DNA of 64,000 nucleotides from Octopus vulgaris (Eukaryota), in NCBI GenBank assembly GCA_951406725.2, contig OX597821.1:73780001-73844000 (forward strand), read 5' to 3'. A program made the translations under genes and the position numbers. Of the stretch, positions 25,262 through 40,324 are shown one piece after another. Position 1 is the stretch's first letter; each line of letters begins with the position of its first letter. A model generated the notes under the pieces. It ran no database searches. It saw nothing but the letters and a program-made list of their open reading frames with translations, and had not been told where the DNA came from.

Positions 25262-26099
25262 TAATAATAATAATAAAAATAATAAATTATGATTATATTG
25301 CTATGTCAATAAATTTATCGTGAAAACTGAATTTGGTTTTGTTTGGCAGAAAGTAGGATTTTTAATGGTGTATAAAATAAAATTTTTGCTAAATGCTTCG
25401 TGGTTGTTTTGTGTTGCAGATCTCTTGTAGCGAAATTAAAATGTTATAAATACTGTTTGTTGACGAGGCAAAATCGAACACCAAAGAAATTCGACGTTGG
25501 AATCTAATATTCAGCATGTTGCAGTTACCTATCAAATACCTATTTATGAAGCAAAATCAAAATAATTTCTAGTGGTGGATATGAAAACCGAAACTACTCG
25601 ACATACTGGAAAAGTATTGCAGAAGCGAAAAATCGCAATTAACATCATTAGCGGATTGACCTTGAAATTTAATTACGCAGTGCAAGGGTTAATGATAATA
25701 AATGTCATTTCAAGTAAATATAATAATAAACGTATAAATAAATGAGCTGAAAGCTAAAAGAAAGGGAAAAAAATTAGAATGAAACGCTAGAGAATGAGTA
25801 AAGAAATAAGGTGGTGGTGGAGGGGACTAAAAACACCAACGACGCCAAACTTTTTTCTAAAGAAATGGGTTGATAGAGTGCAGAATACGGTGTCAAACGC
25901 GGTGTGTATGAACAGTTGCGTTATGAGAATAGGGTTGGTTGCTCATAGATGGTTTACAGTTTGTGGGATAAACAAAAAAAGGTATTCTATCCAGTGAGGG
26001 GTAGATCTCATTTAATATACACAGATTACCGCGAGCTGGTAAATTGTTAGCACGCCGGACGAAATGCTAAGCTGTATTTCGCCTGACTTTACGTGGAAA

Positions 26100-26308
26100 A
26101 ATTAGCAAAGCGATCAGTGGTTCGGCAAAAGAGGCCAATAGAATAACTACTACGCTTACAAAGAATAAATTCTGGGGTCCATTTGTTCGACTAAAGGCAG
26201 TGCTCCAGCATGGCCGCAGTCAAATGTCTGAAACAAATAAAAGAATATATATAGATATATTTCGGTATGGTCCTTTGGAGGTGTGTGCGTGTGGGAAGTA
26301 GAAATTCG

Positions 26309-26368
<60 letters not shown>

Positions 26369-26680
26369 GACGGACGTCTTTCAGTTTCTCTCTACCAAAT
26401 TCACTCACAGGGCTTTGGTCGGCCCGAGGCTATAGTAGAAGAAACCTGCCCACGCAGTGGGACTGAACCCAAAACTATGTGGTTGGTAAGCAAACTACTT
26501 ACTACATTACTTATCACACAGCCACATTCTTTTATTCGCATTAATCATTTGACAGCGGCTATGTTGGAGCACCGCCTTTACTCGATTAAATAGACCCCAG
26601 GACTTATTCTTTGTAGGCCTAGTACTTATTCTATCGATCTTTTAGGGTAAACCGCTAAGTTACGGTGACGTAGAAACGCC
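26100..26680. mobile_element. Fragments of SINE B in both orientations
   Basis: Tail at 26120-26245 (+); head/core at 26366-26525 (-); tail at 26545-26676 (-). Confidence 0.75.
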
Positions 26681-27199
26681 ATACATACATACATATATAC
26701 ATGCACATAGACAAACATGTAAGCATACAAACACACACATACACACGCACACACATACATGTTCATCTGTATACACATAAGTATACATGTCTCCCAAATA
26801 CATATATATTCATATACACACAATCGCGCACAGAAAGATACGCGCCTAACTGCGCATGCGTGAGCCCAAACAACTGAATGAACAAAATATGCAAATATGA
26901 AGTTGTAAGTTTCGTATAAGTTAATAAATAAATCTATAAGATATATAAATTGAAAGCCATATAAATTGATAGTCATCTGTGTACGTATGTACGGGCATGC
27001 GTGCCCCTGCACGTGCGCATAGATATGAATATGTATATTTGTGCATCTGTATGCCTAAATATCAAGCGGGGATTTCTATACGATGTTTTGTGTTTTATTT
27101 TATGACGCCATGTTTTATAATGAATTGTTACCAGAAAATGTTCTTTTTCGTCACTCTGAAGATTTATCCGTTTACGAAACATTGCATACACGCACACTC

Positions 27200-27309
<110 letters not shown>

Positions 27310-27389
27310 GCGTGTGTATGTATGTAAATATAAATATATATCTATATATGTGTGTATGTATGTATGTATGTATGTATGTGTGTGTGTAT

Positions 27390-28385
27390 ATGTGCAGATT
27401 TGTATGTTTTGCTTTATGTATTCTTATGCATATAGCTGCATATCTAGACATGCTCATATGTATTTAAATGATAAACCTCTGGAAAGTTTTACAGATTTTT
27501 GCAGTTCCAGTGATGGATCGGATCTGTAGCCTTCGAATTAGCTTTCTCCTTTCTGTTTTTGAGAAGCCTAATTTCTCAAGATTGGTATTTAGGCAATATG
27601 TTACATATCCCAGGGCCCCAATAATTACAGGTATAAACTTGAACTTGTAATCTGGACAGAGTAACTGCAGATTTCTCAATAGTTTAGCATAGATGTTCTT
27701 TTCCACTGATCTTCAGCTCTATGTTAACATCCGTTGGGCAGCTAATTTCCACAACTGTGCACAGTTTCTCTTCTCTATCCCAAATCATAATATCAGGTCT
27801 GTTGTGCTTACATTTTATTGAGGTCTTCACTGGGACATTCCACCAGTACTCATTTTTTATTATGAGTGGCTATGGCTTCTACCATACTGTGGGTTCTTAT
27901 ATCATTGTCCTCGGGGTTATCCATCCGACAGATTTCATTATAGTGTCCTAGCTACAACGTCATGTCTCATCGGTAGATACTACCGTGATGACATTTTCAG
28001 ACAACTGCTTATGATGTCACATTTTACGACTTTACTTGCATCACTATACCTTTTGTGCATCAGGTACTTGGTTGATATTACCTGTTCCTGGATTATGACG
28101 CATACCCTTCAAAGTGGAAGGTAGTAATCCGGCTATTGGACCATGATAAACTGCTTTGATGATCGATGCTACTATCATCACGAAGCTTTCTACTAACATA
28201 TTCATGCATAGTCTTCTGCTCATATAGGCCCATCCTTTCATCTGATGATACGTTGTGGTAGAGTCGTGCGACTTCTTTGGGCATGTATTCCAGGTTATCA
28301 GACAAAGAATGTTGCTCAAGGAGCTGCCTTCCAAGTCTTATGATGTTATCACCCTCATGTGTGCCAACTTGGTCAAGGGATGCAC
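27390..28385 (-). mobile_element. Dong/R4-like LINE 3' part flanked by (CATA)n/(CAGA)n
   Basis: Decayed zinc-knuckle region, YWWNVP..PDIMIWDREEKLCTVVEISCP, YAKLLRNLQLL.PDYKFKFIPVIIGALG..SITGTAKICKTF. Confidence 0.85.
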
Positions 28386-29372
28386 GTTTGTATGTATGTC
28401 TGCCTGTCTGTGTGTCTGTTTGTCTACCTGTATGTGTGTATGTTCGTCTGTCTGTATGTATGTATGTGTGTATGTATGTCTGCCTGTCTGTCTGTCTGTC
28501 TTTATGCATGTCAATATGTCTGTCTGTCTGTATGTCATCGTGCATGTCGGTATGCATGTATGTCAGTCTGTATGTCTGTTTGTCTATGTATCACTGTTGT
28601 GAAGGTGCGTTGCCTGGTGGTTCGTGTATTGAACTCACGATCACCAGATCACGGCTGCCGGAACGGGCGGTGTGTTGCTCTGGTCCTGGATGGGGACCAG
28701 TGTAGTCCCCAGAATAGTCCCAACGTATCCCCTGCATAATGTAAAATGCGACTAAAAAAATAGGCCGAAATAGGTTTTGCACTCCGACCTCGTAAAACCC
28801 TTGCCAGTAACGACCATCCAAACAGACTCATGGGCCGGAGGGTTGTCGCCTGAGGAGTGCAAAGCTGTCATTTGCCTGGAATAAGGAAACACCAACAATG
28901 TTCTTTTGTAAATTTCAACAATGTTTTTGTAAATTTCAACTATGGGCATAAATATCTATATTTCTGTCCATAGTCCATACAACTGGAAAGGTGTTATCGA
29001 AACACGCACAGACACACACACACGTATTTCAATATTATTCTACAATTGGACATAAATAGTTGAAGTAAAATATGCATGAGAAGACGCAATAATCTTTCTC
29101 ATCAAGTAATTAGTTGGGAAATTCTAAACCAACAAACTTACCTATACCATCGTAGCCACTACTACTAACACTGTCACCACCACCGCCGCCACAGCAGCCG
29201 ACCACACTACTCCATAGACGTAGTGAGTGCAAGCAAAGGGCTTCAGTGAACTTGTATGTAACCCACAGAATGATAGGACGTAGAAAACATGTCAAGTAAA
29301 GTTGTCTCTTTACCATTATGCAAATGGACTTTTTACCTTTCCGGTTCTACTCCGAATTAAACTTACACAGAT

Positions 29373-29430
<58 letters not shown>

Positions 29431-29785
29431 CTACTCTCTTGCAACTACTCACATAGAATCCGCTCAATTTATATTCATTTAATTCTTAATATCTAAAGAT
29501 ATATTGAATTATTAAATCAATTTTGTGTGGGGAAGTTATCGGCTGTCATACTAGTTTATTTTCTCCTCAGAGCCATCATCACGAAGCAGAGTTGACCTGA
29601 AGAGGTCAAGTCTACATAATTTGGAATTTTCCGTTTCTGTTTATCGATTATTTTCGTGAAAGTTTGATAAACCACCGTGACAGCCCTAAATATTATTCGA
29701 AACCGCAACCTTGTATTCGAAACAACGAACAGCCATCAGATGTTAATCTGTTTTAACTCTATTCGTTAAATTGTGAAGTGGAACC

Positions 29786-30002
29786 AATAATCCTTTCTAC
29801 TATAGGCACAAGGCCTGAAGTTTGGGGGAGGGGTGAAGTCGATTTCATCGACCTCAGTGCTTCACTGGTGCTTAATTTATCGACTCCGAAAAGATGTAAG
29901 GCAAAGTCGACCTCGGCGGAATTCGAACTCAGAATGTTGCGGCAGACGAAATATAGCTGAGCATTTCGCCCGGCGTGCTAACAATTCTGCCTGCTCGCCG
30001 CC
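29786..30002 (-). mobile_element. SINE A with ~19-bp TSD
   Basis: gtgaagt(g/a)gaaccaataat occurs at both flanks (29773 and 30003). Confidence 0.85.
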
Positions 30003-30020
30003 GTGAAGTAGAACCAATAA

Positions 30021-30504
30021 TACGAGGCTGAGTCAAAAAGTAATATCATTTTGTTTAGGACATATAATTACCAACACAAGAACGTGTATTATGCATCAAA
30101 ATCAAGCTGGTCCTCTGTGAATCACATCCCTACTTCTCAACATAGTCACCGTTTCTCTCAACAGCAATGTTTCACCTTCGAATGAGAGCATGTATCCTTG
30201 CCCCGTAAAATTCTGTTGACTGATCTTTGAGCCACTTCTTCACTACAGTTTTCACTTTCACTGGAATAATTTAGCACCTCTTCGGCAAACATTATTCCAA
30301 TGACGAGGAAGTGAAAACTGTAGTGAATAAGTGGCTCTTATTCGAGGGTGGAACATTGCTATTGAGAGGAATGGTAACTATGTTGAGAAGAAGGGATGTG
30401 ATCCACAGAGGACCAGCTTCATTTTGATGTATGATACCTGTTCCTGTGTTGGTAATTATATCTGTCCTAAACAAAATGGCATTACTTTTTGACTCACCCT
30501 CATA
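30021..30504. mobile_element. Mariner-derived fold-back MITE with long inverted arms, TA-flanked
   Basis: TA-CGAGGCTGAGTCAAAAAGTAAT...ATTACTTTTTGACTCACCCTCA-TA. Arms of about 165 bp are each a transposase 3' end. Confidence 0.8.
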
Positions 30505-30679
30505 CCATTAACAAAGCTTCCATGTTGCTGTTCTTATGACCAGCTTAGGTTTCAATCACAAGAAACTATACTATGATCCCATTCCCACATCTAGGATGCT
30601 GTTTCTTGTGTTCCTTGCGCTCTTATTATTTGGGTTTTCGCTCCCTCCAAAAAACCCTCCAAAGTACATATTATTCTTG

Positions 30680-31058
30680 TATTCTTTTACTTGTTTCGGT
30701 CAGCTGACTGCGGCCATGCTGGAGCATCGTCTTAAAAGTACTTTTTAGTTGAAGAAATCGTCCCCTGAACTTATTCTTTATAAGCCTAGTACTTATTCTA
30801 TCAGTTCTTTTGCCGAACCGCTAAGTCACGGGGACGTAACCGTACCAGCATCAGCTGTCATGCGATGGCGAGGGAGAAAGACACATACACACACACATAT
30901 ATATATACACGACGGGCTTCTTTCAGTTTCCGTCTACCAAATCCACTCAAAAGGCTTTGGCCAGCCCGAGGCTATAGTAGAAGACACTTACCCAAGGTGT
31001 CACACAGTAAGACTGAACCCGGAACCATGAGGTTGGGAAGCAAGCTTCTTACCACACA
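30680..31058 (-). mobile_element. SINE family B
   Basis: Family core and tail. Confidence 0.85.
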
Positions 31059-32179
31059 TATTGTCTTTTGATGACTCCATTGTATATCATCATTTCTTTT
31101 TTTTTTATAAATAATTCTTTTTACAAATAATTCTTTTCACATCAGTTTCCTTGACATCATATCTTTCACTTGTCTCTGTACACAAGAATGTGTATGTAGA
31201 CACACATGGTCTTTGAAGATTAATTTGAATTAAAGAATCCAAATGGACAAAAATATAATAGCATTGTGTGATATCAAGGTATTGATGGACGATAGGATGA
31301 GGTTATACACCGCTGGCCACAATGCACTTGTATTGTTTAACTTTCGAAGGATTCTATTCCGCTGGCTCGGCTAACAGACCAACAGTCTCACCTGATCGGA
31401 AGACTAATCCATCGCAGGGTGATCTGTTTACAGCCGAGTGGACTGGAGCAGCGTGAAATGAAGTATTTTGCACAAGAACACAACACACTTCTCTGTCCGG
31501 GATAGAACCCACGATCTAGCAATCGTGAGAACAATACAGTAACCGCTAGACCACAAGCCTACATAATGTGTGAAATATATGATAATGATTTCTACTCTAG
31601 GTACAAGACCATGAAAATTTGGGGGAACGGGGCTAGTCGATTACGTTAACCCCAGTGCGTAACAGGTACTTATTTCATCGACCCCGAAAAGATGAAAGGT
31701 AAAGTTATCTTCAGTGCAATTTGAACTGAGAAGGTAGCGGTAGACGCAATACCGCTGAGCATTTTGCCAGCTCGCCACCTTGTGTGTATATGTGATAATT
31801 GAAATTCCAAGAGAAAGTGATCAGCGCATAACGACATTTCAACAGGTTATTCTTCCGATAATTGATCAACCAAATCGATATTATAATCACCTCTCGATGT
31901 CAGACTGAATGCTTTCACGTATTAAGTTTCGTTCATGGTTCGTGGTGTGTTCAGGCGTCTATTCTTTCACTTAATTTCATCTTGGTACCATAGTAGGACA
32001 AAAGAATTCGAAAACATTTTTTTCAGTTTCGGAGATTTGAGTGGAAATTAATCAATATTTAGTCTCGAACGTCTTGTTACTGCGAAGTTCCAATCTTAAC
32101 AGATGCAATTTAAAGTGCCTCTCACGACTGTGATTGCAGATGCTATCAAAACCTTTTATGGCGTCATTCGTTTTTTTAG

Positions 32180-32565
32180 TCCCCCACCCACCACCTTTCC
32201 GGAGTGGATAGTAGAGGGAAAAACAACATTGTTAATGAAAGATTGGTCAAAGGTCAATGAGGTTGGCAATTACCGACCCATTGCTTCTTTTAACCTCCTG
32301 TATTAACAAGGGGGCGAGCTGGCAGAATTGTTAGCACGCTGGACGAAATGCTTAGCGGTATTTCGTCGGCCGCTGCGTTCTGAGTTCAAATTCCGCCGAG
32401 GTCGACTTTGCCTATCATCCTTTCGGGGTCAATTAAATAAGTACCAGTTACGCACTGGGGTCGATACAATCGACTTAATCCGTTTGTCTCTCCTTGTTTG
32501 TCCTCTCTGTGTTTAGCCCCTTGTGGGTACTAAAGAAATAGGTATCCTGGCAGGGAAACTATATA
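32180..32565 (+). mobile_element. Dong RT fragment interrupted by SINE A (32310-32540)
   Basis: FPEWIVEGKTTLLMKD..GNYRPIASFNLLY [SINE] GILAGKLY. Confidence 0.75.
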
Positions 32566-32882
32566 CTAATGGCTATGCTTCTGGTCTACACCAGCTTCTT
32601 TACTACGGGCCACATATTTGCCATTCAGAGGTTTTTGTTCCCACCTGTCACCCAATTGTTCAAGCGCATTTTACTTTGCTATTGATCTCACCTTCCGTAG
32701 CCACTAATGGTGCTGAAGAATACACGGGATGGAAAGAGTTGCTGAAGAGGTCACAGATGTGTGACGAAAGATTTGCAACTTGGGATGTTCTGTTTGCAAG
32801 AAATAGCAGTCAAGTATTCCTTGAATCATTCCCTACCATGTTCAAAATGACGGATTAGATGAATTTAGTTCTAAATAGGCCA

Positions 32883-33164
32883 TGTAGTAAAGATTGTTTG
32901 CCAACATAACATGGCAGTGCTGGTTTAGGACGAATGTTGCTGTAATTTAGCCCCAGGAGACTTCGACTCCAGCTGGCTATACGACACGATTTGTGTCCTT
33001 ATATTTCGAACTAGGGAATCTAGCAACCCCACTTTTGTTCGAAAATATAAGGACACATCGTGTCTTATATCCAGCTGGAGACGATGCCCCCTGGGGCTAA
33101 ATTACAGTAACATTCGTCCTAAACCAGGACTGCCATGTTATGTTGGCAAACAATCTTTACTACA
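32883..33164. repeat. Fold-back palindrome, ~128-bp arms and ~27-bp spacer (MITE-like)
   Basis: TGTAGTAAAGATTGTTTGCCAACATAACATGGCAGT... matches the reverse complement of ...ACTGCCATGTTATGTTGGCAAACAATCTTTACTACA. Confidence 0.9.
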
Positions 33165-36100
33165 AAATACTGTTGCTGAATATCTCACGTTGTGAGATTT
33201 AAAAATGATAATTTTCTAAATAGGCTGTGTTTGATTAAAAGATGAAATGGTCATATCTGGAAAGCTTTGAACAGGGGCCATTGAAAATTAATCAGATTTA
33301 GGAATAAACCACCAATGTTGGAAACAGACGGCACCAAAGTGGCAAAGTATATTTGCAAGGCTCGCAAGAACCTAAGATCTCGATGCAGTTTCAGTCCCTG
33401 GTCGATGGAATTTCATGTCTTTAACAAAAACAGAAATCTACAGGATCTTGTTTTTCCTGACCCCTAAAATATAAACCTTTGTGCCCACAAAATAATCAAC
33501 AACAAAAACAACCGCAGCAAAATTCCACCGTGATAAATGCAAAACATATGTCGCATCTCTATCGGTCGAGGTTGACTTGAATCTTGACACTATTATCAGT
33601 CTGCACAGGCCACTTAGCTGTAAATAGGTACTGATAGATGGCACTGCGAACTATTTCCATGGTGTTATAACACTTCTACTGGATCGCCTCGAATCCATGC
33701 TAAAATATCGGTTTCCAGCATAGGCGAAGGATTTTAGAGGGAAAGGAGAGGGTGGGGAGAAGGTGGAGAGGGTGGAGATAGGTGGTGGAGAGGGTGGAGA
33801 TAGGTGGAGGAGAGAGTGGGGAGAGGTGGAGGAGCAGGTATGCTCAAATGCGCTACTGGTAATCAACTACCAAAGGATAAAAGTCGAACTCGGCACGTAT
33901 GAAGTAGGGACTGTAAATAAATACCTCATCTTCTGATATTAGTCACTCCGTCATTGACCACCCCCTATCAATTTCACCAGTCCAGGTCAATTTTTCACAT
34001 AGCTAATTCACTCGACTCTAAAGTAATCTTGCTGGTATTTATTTTCATAGACCTGCACCCCCCCACCCCGTGCCCCGAAAAGCAAGATCAACCCAGTTAG
34101 GGTGACATTTAAAATAATGAACGAAAAATGATTATAAAGTTATAAACTGCGAAATTTAGTCATATCATTTCTCTGTTTCGTTTTCCTAAATTTTGTAACA
34201 AATGGAATTCTTTTCTTTCTGTTTTTTTTATCATTGAAATGACAAGAAACGCCATGGAACTTGTAAAATACTAAAAATTCCTCACCGATTGTCTGCCGCA
34301 TGGTTGTGCTTCGTCTCTTGGTTCACAAATATTATGATTAAGTTGTGTACTTTTTTTTTTTATGGCCAATCTCCAGCTTCCTGTCGAGCAATGCTAGTTG
34401 TAAGGTTAAGTGCTAATGATTTGGCTAATGAAATCACATAAAACTCACCTAATCAGTTATGACATAACCGAGTCCAATACTAATCTAGCGACTGACCGAG
34501 TCGACGGATGGCCGACTGGCATGTTGTCTGGCGGGTTGTCTTTCCATGATGGAACTATATTTGACGGGTAATCGTAAATGGAGAAAGTTCTAGAATGTTT
34601 ATTCTACGTCGTTGAAGGTGAAAAGTAGGAGTTATTAGACTTTAACAGCAAAACGTCAGCGAATAAACGGCAAGAAATAGAAGTGAACAGCGACATGACA
34701 ACATTGTCATCTAATACCATTGGAATGGTGGTCTCGTATAGACCAGAGGAATGGGAATGGCACATACACGCACGCACACATACACACACACACACGTGTG
34801 CATGCGCGTGTGTGTGTATATATATATATATATATAGACGCGTATATATTTATATAAACATAAGTGGGTGTATAACTCTGTGTGATGTGGTGGGGGCGCA
34901 TTTCTGTGTTTGTCTCCCACCGTTTGGCAACCGGTGTTTGTTTACGTACCTCCTAATCAGGTTTAGGATCCGAGGGGGTGGATTGAGAGATGCTTAAATC
35001 CTTCAACAGCACCAACACATTTGGGACCGCGTGGAAGGTATTATAGGGGACACCGTCCTTCATTCTGCCTTAACCCCCCCACCTGTAAACGTTATCTCTA
35101 TGCCTGACTGCACGCTCTCAATCAACTCTGCTTCCCTGTACAGAGATGAATAAATTGAAAGAGGAATTCCAACCACGTTTCGTGGTTTGCAACCTCAACA
35201 GCTCCTTTATAGGATCCAGGGGCTAAATACATCATCAGGAGGAACCACGTCCGGTTTCGGCCCCTACTCCTCTACCGTTTTCGACGTAGCGTCCCCCTCC
35301 TTTCGGACATGTCTTCAGCTCTGGTGTTGAGTGCATTTCTTCTTTCTCCTTCTTTCTTCTGTTCCCTGGCCTCTTCGATGCAACGTCAACGGGTGTCAGC
35401 GGGCGACTGACCACCCTGCCAAATTTCCCTTTAAATACTCGCCGGTAGGCTCCAGCAGCCAGCACCAGCTAGCTGTCACGTGACACTGTTTAATATAATA
35501 AATATAATAAACAACGCAAAACACTGCATATTCCAAGAAGACAAGATCTCTTTTCATTTCCTTTTAAACATGAACCATGCGTAAGTAGAGTCGTCGTGAT
35601 TGTCTCAAATGGTGGGCCTCACTATCGCTGTGGCTCTCTAATTTATTCAACTTAGCAAAGACTACATCATAAGTACTGGCTTCATCTTCTGTGCAAGAAA
35701 CTACTTCAGCCTTCAATTACCATGGATTCTACAAAACTCAGTGGCACCAAAAATGGTGTATTGAACCTAGATCTGTGCCGATGCTGAGTTGCATATCTCT
35801 GATTGCAGGATCTCATTTATAAACTACACTTCTGCCTTTGAGTCTCAGTCGAGTTGTCTCTTCCTTCAACCTTTTCTACCCTAATCGCAATAGCTTCTAC
35901 TCCTTAGAATGGCTCATCTCGTGTTTCTCTCAACTCATTCGTCTCTCCTCACATCATCCATTTTATTTTCGACCTCCATGATTCACTGTAACCGTTACAC
36001 CAAACTCCAGTCTTCCCAAAATGTTGACCACCTGGAATTCACTGCTTGCAAGTTTTTCTTGCAGTTAATCACATCCATCTGCAGGCCAGAAAAGGCCGTG

Positions 36101-36725
36101 GACACAGCTCCTTCTTCCAAACTAAACGAATAAAAGACAAAACCATGCTAGGGGATCTAAGAGTTGATGTTTATTCCGAGACTGGCCTTCATCGAGCGTA
36201 CATATGATGAAAGGCTTTCCAGATATACTGTATCAAAGACTATCTTATGCAATATGTCTTCTCCCTAGATAATAGTGAATGGCCTAAGGGATATTTCGTT
36301 GTTATTTCTAGCAGACCATTTGCCTCATCGGTTGCTATGTTGAGTAAAAATTTAGCAAGTGACTCCATCAGCCCTATATTCATAAGTGTAGCAGCTCGTG
36401 TCGCTAGGATGACTTTATTCGACTAATGTATTTCATGTATTTCTGTATTTCATGTTAAACTTTCTGTATTTCATGTTAAACTTTACTATTAGCCCCTGCT
36501 GCTGCTGCTGTTGTTGTTAAGCAACAAGACGGGTAAGGGTGATTAGGTGATGGTCTAGGGCTTAGGGGCGGGAGACCCCAGACCTTGGAAAAAGAAAAAA
36601 AACTTTGGCCGTCTAGTAGTCGAGGGCTCTTCGTTGACACCCGACACCACTGGGAGGTGGCCCTCGACGTCGCTGGAAATGGAGATCTCCAGGTTCAAAT
36701 TCTTGAACGGCTGCTGCTGCTGCTG

Positions 36726-36798
<73 letters not shown>

Positions 36799-37863
36799 AT
36801 AGGTGAGTCGCTTTCGTAAACAGTAAAACACCAGACTAAACACGAAACAATATTTCGTTGACTGAAGGAACGAGCCTATTTGCAGCCATTCTACATGCTA
36901 GAAACAACATGCTAGAAAATTGGCCCCCAATTTCCATCATACATTCAAAAAAGGTAGGAAGAATATGCTTTGCGTAACGTGTGCTAAAGTAAATTGTTTG
37001 AAAAATAAAAGATGAAATGGTCACGGCTGGAACACGTTGAAAATATGTCTGCTGTACTTGGAATAACGTAGAACGAAACATAAACACAATATTTGATGCA
37101 ACCCTTGTTAATTCCGTGTTGGAATCTTATTGTTTCTACCCCACACTACCCCACAAGGTCAGTGAACTCTGAACCATTTTGGGGTTATACTTTCAACACA
37201 AAACTTTAGGCTTTATGTTTCCCAGCAAGGAGTCCCCTGTTTTTCCCTAACCTTCCTTCATAATACTTCTCTTTGTTCACTCTTATAGTTGTTGTTGCTG
37301 ATGTCAGCCCTGTTCAAGTAGAGATGAAAGGCTTCGAAACCTTATTTTTTTGTCAAGCGTGAAGTATGTAAGATTACGCAACCCAAGGAGGAGGTGATCT
37401 GAGGAAGATTAGGCTAGAATTTTTAGCAGGCAAAGTGACCATATAAAGGCCCCCTCCCTTATTAGTTCCCTTGTTTTTTTTTCTCTCTTTATTTGCCTGT
37501 GGTGTGGTTGTCAGCCCAAGATTTTGTCTGATGCATAATTGACGAAATCTTTCTCGTATGTATTAAGCTGTGCCTTCGTTTAAGCAAAGGAAAGTGAAGA
37601 ACAATGAGTTCAGGACCCGGATGTTTCTCTCCCTTTAATGTATTCTCTTCTACTACTACCCCCCCCCCCAAAAAAAAAAAAAACGAAAAACAAAACCAAA
37701 CGAAACTAAAGTACAATAATAAAAAAGAAAACCCCACTAAACAGAAATAATAATAATAATAGCGTTTCTCCAACTTGGCCACAACTTTTAGCTGGAACCT
37801 GTCATGTGACTGAGTAAATAGAATAACGATTTTCAGGGATTTAATAATTGAATGAAAAGAGAG

Positions 37864-37970
<107 letters not shown>

Positions 37971-38220
37971 GAAGGAGAATTGTAATGGAATTATGAGCAG
38001 AAAGTACTTCAACGAGAATAAGAAAGCTTGTTGAAGTGGTAGCTTTGTTATGTTTGCTTCCCAATAAACACACACACACACACATGCATACAAAAACACA
38101 CACACATATATATGCGCACACACCGCATACAAACACACGCATATATACACTCACATATGTGTACACGCATATACTCAAACATATGCATGTATTCACATAC
38201 ACAGATATATACACATACAG

Positions 38221-38269
<49 letters not shown>

Positions 38270-39651
38270 CATACACATACCCAGATATACACACATATGC
38301 ACATAGATTATACACACATACATACACATACTCACACACACGTACATATATATAAATACATGCGCATATAAACACAAACGCATATTTACATACATAGAAT
38401 TATACACATACGCATACACACATACCCAAATATATACACATACACGTATAGATATATACACACTCACACACGCACATATAGATACACACGCATATACATA
38501 AACACATATATATTTACTTACGCAGATATATACACTTGTACACAAATATACGCATACACACGTATATTCATATATACACATTTACACAAGTATACACAAG
38601 TATACACATACACCCATATATTCATATACACACATTTACACATACACCCAGTTATCTACATATATACACATATGCACACAGACAGATCTACATCCACAGG
38701 CGCGCGCCATGCATCCTATATTTGTCTTTCAAACTGCTCCCAGACCGTTACATTACCAACCAACGGCTTTTCACTTTGAAGTGGTTTACCACGAACTCAA
38801 GACTCCCTTCTTTAGCTACACCCACCCTCATTTATCCGCAGTACCACCCCTTACTCACCTCCTGACATACACAAGTTTAATCCCTTTTCATTTCTCTCCC
38901 AAGCCTCCTCCAGACTCACCCCCACCCCGCCGCCATTCTCTTCATATTGTAACTCTTACTTCATCCTCTCCATCTTTCGCCATTTTCCACCAGAAAAAAA
39001 AGCTACTGTCGAAGTTCCAATTATTATGTCTTTATTCTTACCTCATCTTTGTCCTTCTCGTCTTCTTTTAAAAAAAAGCCTTTCTTTTCGCCTGTTTGTC
39101 GTTTGTTGCCAAACATTTCACAGCTTACCCAGCTTGCGCCATCTCTGAAGGAGAGTCGAGTATTTCTTACACATTGCCTTCAGGCAGCAGAACATTACAC
39201 CACTTGCTTCTCTCTTCACTTTCTTTCTCTGTATCTGCCTGCCTGTCTGTTTATCTATCTATCTGTCTGTCTCTTCTTCTTTCTATAAATGTGTGCGTGC
39301 GTATGTGTAGTAAGCTCTATGTGTAATATATACAAAATATATGCAATACACGTACCTACATATTTATACATATTTATATTTACGTACGTATAACCGCACG
39401 CAGACACATACACGCGCACACATTTATACATATGTATATATATATGTGTGTGTATACATATATGTATATATATATATATGTGTGTGTTTTTGTGTGTTTA
39501 CACACACGCGCATTTGACTGAGGTGAAGATATATTTAACTTCTTGACTTCCAAAGGTTACAACCGTTTCGTAACCTTCTTCATGTAGTTTTAATTTCAGA
39601 ATAGAAGAAATTATGCGTACATGTTTGTATAAATATCAATGCTCAATATTA

Positions 39652-40250
39652 TGCGACGGTGGGCTGGAAAGTTCATTGACTGGCAATGAAGGAATGATGC
39701 TGGAGCTGTGAAATCTTGTATGTGCTACTTTCAATTTTTCTGATTCGTTACTGCATTGTTTCGTTCCAGGTAAACTGAGATCTCACTGCTCAAAGAAAAC
39801 TTCAAAAGTAACTAGTCGCAACTTCTCTTGAAAATGTTCCAAAGAAGGCCAGGGTAATTTTATCTGCAGGGAAGATGATGGCTTTAGTGTTTTGGGATGC
39901 AAAAGGCATTCAAAAGATCCACGCCATCAATGGAGAGCACAGAACCAACTTGGTGTGACAGCTAGGAACTGCTAACAAGACCAAGCGCCCAAGAAAACTG
40001 ACGAAAGGAGTTTTGTTTCATCAGGACAACGCTCCAGTGCACAAGTCCTCACTCTCAAAGGCTGCTCTGCGTGACTTCGAACTGGTTGACCAGTTTACCT
40101 CTTCTCCTGATTTGTCCCCATCTCACTATCATCTGTCCCCCAATATGGTTGGGAAACAGTATCACAGTGGTGGTGACATTATATCTGCTATTGATGGCGG
40201 CTTTCTTCACCAAAATGATGAAAGCCTCTTCAGTAATGGAATATTTGTGT
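39652..40250 (+). mobile_element. Mariner transposase pseudogene, deleted
   Basis: PKKARVILSAGKMMALVFWDAKGI, FHQDNAPVHKS, SPDLSPSHYHL; degenerate left TIR. Confidence 0.85.
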
Positions 40251-40324
40251 AATCACAAATTGATGCAAATAAAGAAATCTCGCCTCATCATGTCACCGGA
40301 ATATTATGGTTGTTACATCAAAAA

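Noticed and set aside
35170-35225. CTGTTGA-GGTT gca AACC-ac-GAAACGTG on minus
   Set aside because: No stem I and G at the cleavage position. The surrounding 34960-35490 may be an LTR-like remnant but has no clear ends.
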